Assembly (NCBI GenBank): GCA_003971905.1
Contig: RSEE01000025.1
Coordinates: forward strand, 434,001-498,000
Direction of reading: 5' to 3'
DNA from: Moniliella sp. 'wahieum'
Lineage: Eukaryota
DNA: 64,000 bases
This document shows, piece by piece, positions 62,445 to 64,000 of this stretch; within the stretch, counting starts at the first letter, position 1; each line of letters starts with the position of its first letter. Made by a program: the position numbers and the translations under genes. Below the pieces are notes generated by a model, which did not search any database, was not told the origin of the DNA, and saw only the letters and a program-made list of their open reading frames with translations.

Positions 62445-62490
62445 CTCAACATGAGCGGCAGCGACATCTCAACATGAGCGGCAGCGACAT
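62445..62490. repeat. 23-bp tandem duplication CTCAACATGAGCGGCAGCGACAT x2
   Basis: Read directly. Confidence 0.9.
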
Positions 62491-62918
62491 ATCCTGAAGC
62501 GTTTCCAGGGCAGAAAAGGGCGAGGGTACCGACCCTAGGCAGAGTAGGGTGGCAGTGACAGTAAGGGAGGTATAGCAGGCTGTGCAGAAAAGAGCGTCGT
62601 CCAAGAGCACTGGCATAAGAACGAATGCGCAAGGGATCGGGGGGGGGGGGGTTACGGAGTGACCAAGGAAGGTGTGCAGCTGGGAACGAGCGCGGGAGTG
62701 GGTGAGGTGTAAAAAGGAGGGAGGGGGGCAAGACGAGACGAGACGAACTGAAAGGGAACGCCTACTGAACTCGAAGGGCGTGATTGGTGGTTCATGACCG
62801 TGCGGGAATAAGACAGCGGGGGAGAGCCAAAAGAATGTGGGTAGACCGACGCCTGCGTCGGCAAAACCAAGCACCCGCTTTGGTTCAACTCTACCCGCCA
62901 TAGGAACCACGATGTCAA

Positions 62919-64000
62919 TCATGATTTGCGACACGGCATCCGTACCAAGCGTGTCAACCAAAAGACGAAGAATCCACAGAATTTGAAGAAGGCCAGGCCA
63001 AATGTGGTCCACAACAGCACCTAGCGAAAATCACGTCAGTAAGCAAGATGGGAGGAAGGGGAGGTTGATGGGACGAACTTTAAAGTAGTACCCTTGGATC
63101 CTTTGTTCGTCTTGTTTCATCGCCTTTTCAGTGACGTTGTAGTGCAAACCGGCCAAGTTCTGAATGGCGACCGTCAAAGCGCCATTGCACAGGATCCAAA
63201 ATACGACCAAGCGTGTGCGGAAGGTGCGGTTGCTATCGTCCATACTAGGTTTCCTTCTTCTCTTCCACCACAACGGGGGCAACTGCGCGTTGACCACTTC
63301 ACGAAAGTGTGCGTCAATGTCTTCTTGCTCTTGTTCCACTTCCTCGATGGTGCCGTCCGGGGCTTTGGCCTTCTTGGTGTCTACGGAAGGCAGCACGTCG
63401 GCTTTGTCCGATCCCTTGGTGCCCCAACTCACGTCGTGCAGGTTGCAAAAGGCGTAGACGTTGAGAATGTTGGTCATGCTGGGTGCAATAGCGAGGTATT
63501 GAGGAAACGAGGTGATCATGTGCCACGGGTCGAGGTACATGATCGAAGCAAGGAGGTACACCCCAAAGGTGGCGATTAAGCTCGCAATCAGTACCGTCGT
63601 TGATTGTGCATTGGACATGATGACCGACCAAAACGTATCGGACCCTCGATTTGATGGGCCAAGTCGGTAAGCATGTCGACCGTAAGCCAGAGCGAGACGG
63701 TAAGCAAGTACATGCCCATCACAGCAAAGACGAAAAAGGAGAGAATGTAGAGTGGTTTCTCAGCCTTTGGTCGATTTCCCAGTGCCAGAACAAACTGAAG
63801 GATCAAGAAAAAGATGTAGACCCACTCGCAACCTAGGTTGACCCAATGCAGAATCATTTGCACCGTGTCGTTCGAGTTCTCGAGAATGTTGTCGGGAAGG
63901 AACTGGATGATAATCGAGAAGGTAAGCCAAAAGTTGGCCAGAGCAAACCAAGTGACAAAGAGCACAATGAAGTTGTAGAGGGCTTGGATGTGGAAGAAAA
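62919..64000 (-). CDS. Chitin synthase (division 1, class I-III type), C-terminal membrane region; 5' end lies beyond the window
   Basis: WFALANFWLTF, QFVLALGNRPK, LDPWHMITSFPQY, NVYAFCNLHDVSWGTKG and FRTRLV; intron 63078-63021; stop at 62919-62921. Confidence 0.95.

Noticed and set aside
2818..64000. Frameshifts in nearly all genes read as programmed frameshifting, RNA editing or mass pseudogenisation
   Set aside because: They hit essential genes (STU2, TIF34, HIS7), are mostly 1-bp indels often in homopolymers, and the twin LTRs differ only by such indels. Sequencing or assembly error is far more parsimonious.

Overview
GC-rich fungal genomic DNA, most likely a basidiomycete (Ustilaginomycotina-like; inferred from gene style and short GT-AG introns with CTRAC branch points). 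Recognisable genes in order: S53 sedolisin/tripeptidyl-peptidase, eIF5A, XMAP215/Stu2, a C2H2 TF, an AVT-type amino-acid transporter, a bZIP-basic+DUF3425 TF, a bacterial YohF-like SDR, eIF3i, NDUFAF6, RPL24, a holocytochrome c/c1 synthase, Pan1, a degenerate HAD protein, HIS7, a second C2H2 TF, a GH5 exo-beta-1,3-glucanase, an Ariadne RBR E3 ligase and the 3' part of a chitin synthase. Several orphan ORFs are also present. Almost every gene, including essential ones, is broken by small indels, which most likely reflects an unpolished assembly, so exact gene boundaries are approximate. There is also a young 1.39-kb internally deleted LTR retroelement with a perfect 5-bp TSD. The most unusual signal is non-coding. 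Intergenic and promoter DNA carries many short arrays that differ in sequence but share one grammar: a T-N-A triplet (TGA/TCA/TTA/TAA) every 7 bp, separated by a palindromic 4-mer (ACGT, AGCT, TGCA, CATG, TCGA, GTAC, CTAG, CCGG, CGCG, GGCC, GCGC). Spacers can change within an array while the 7-bp register is kept. This suggests an uncharacterised cis-element family or a specific mutational process.
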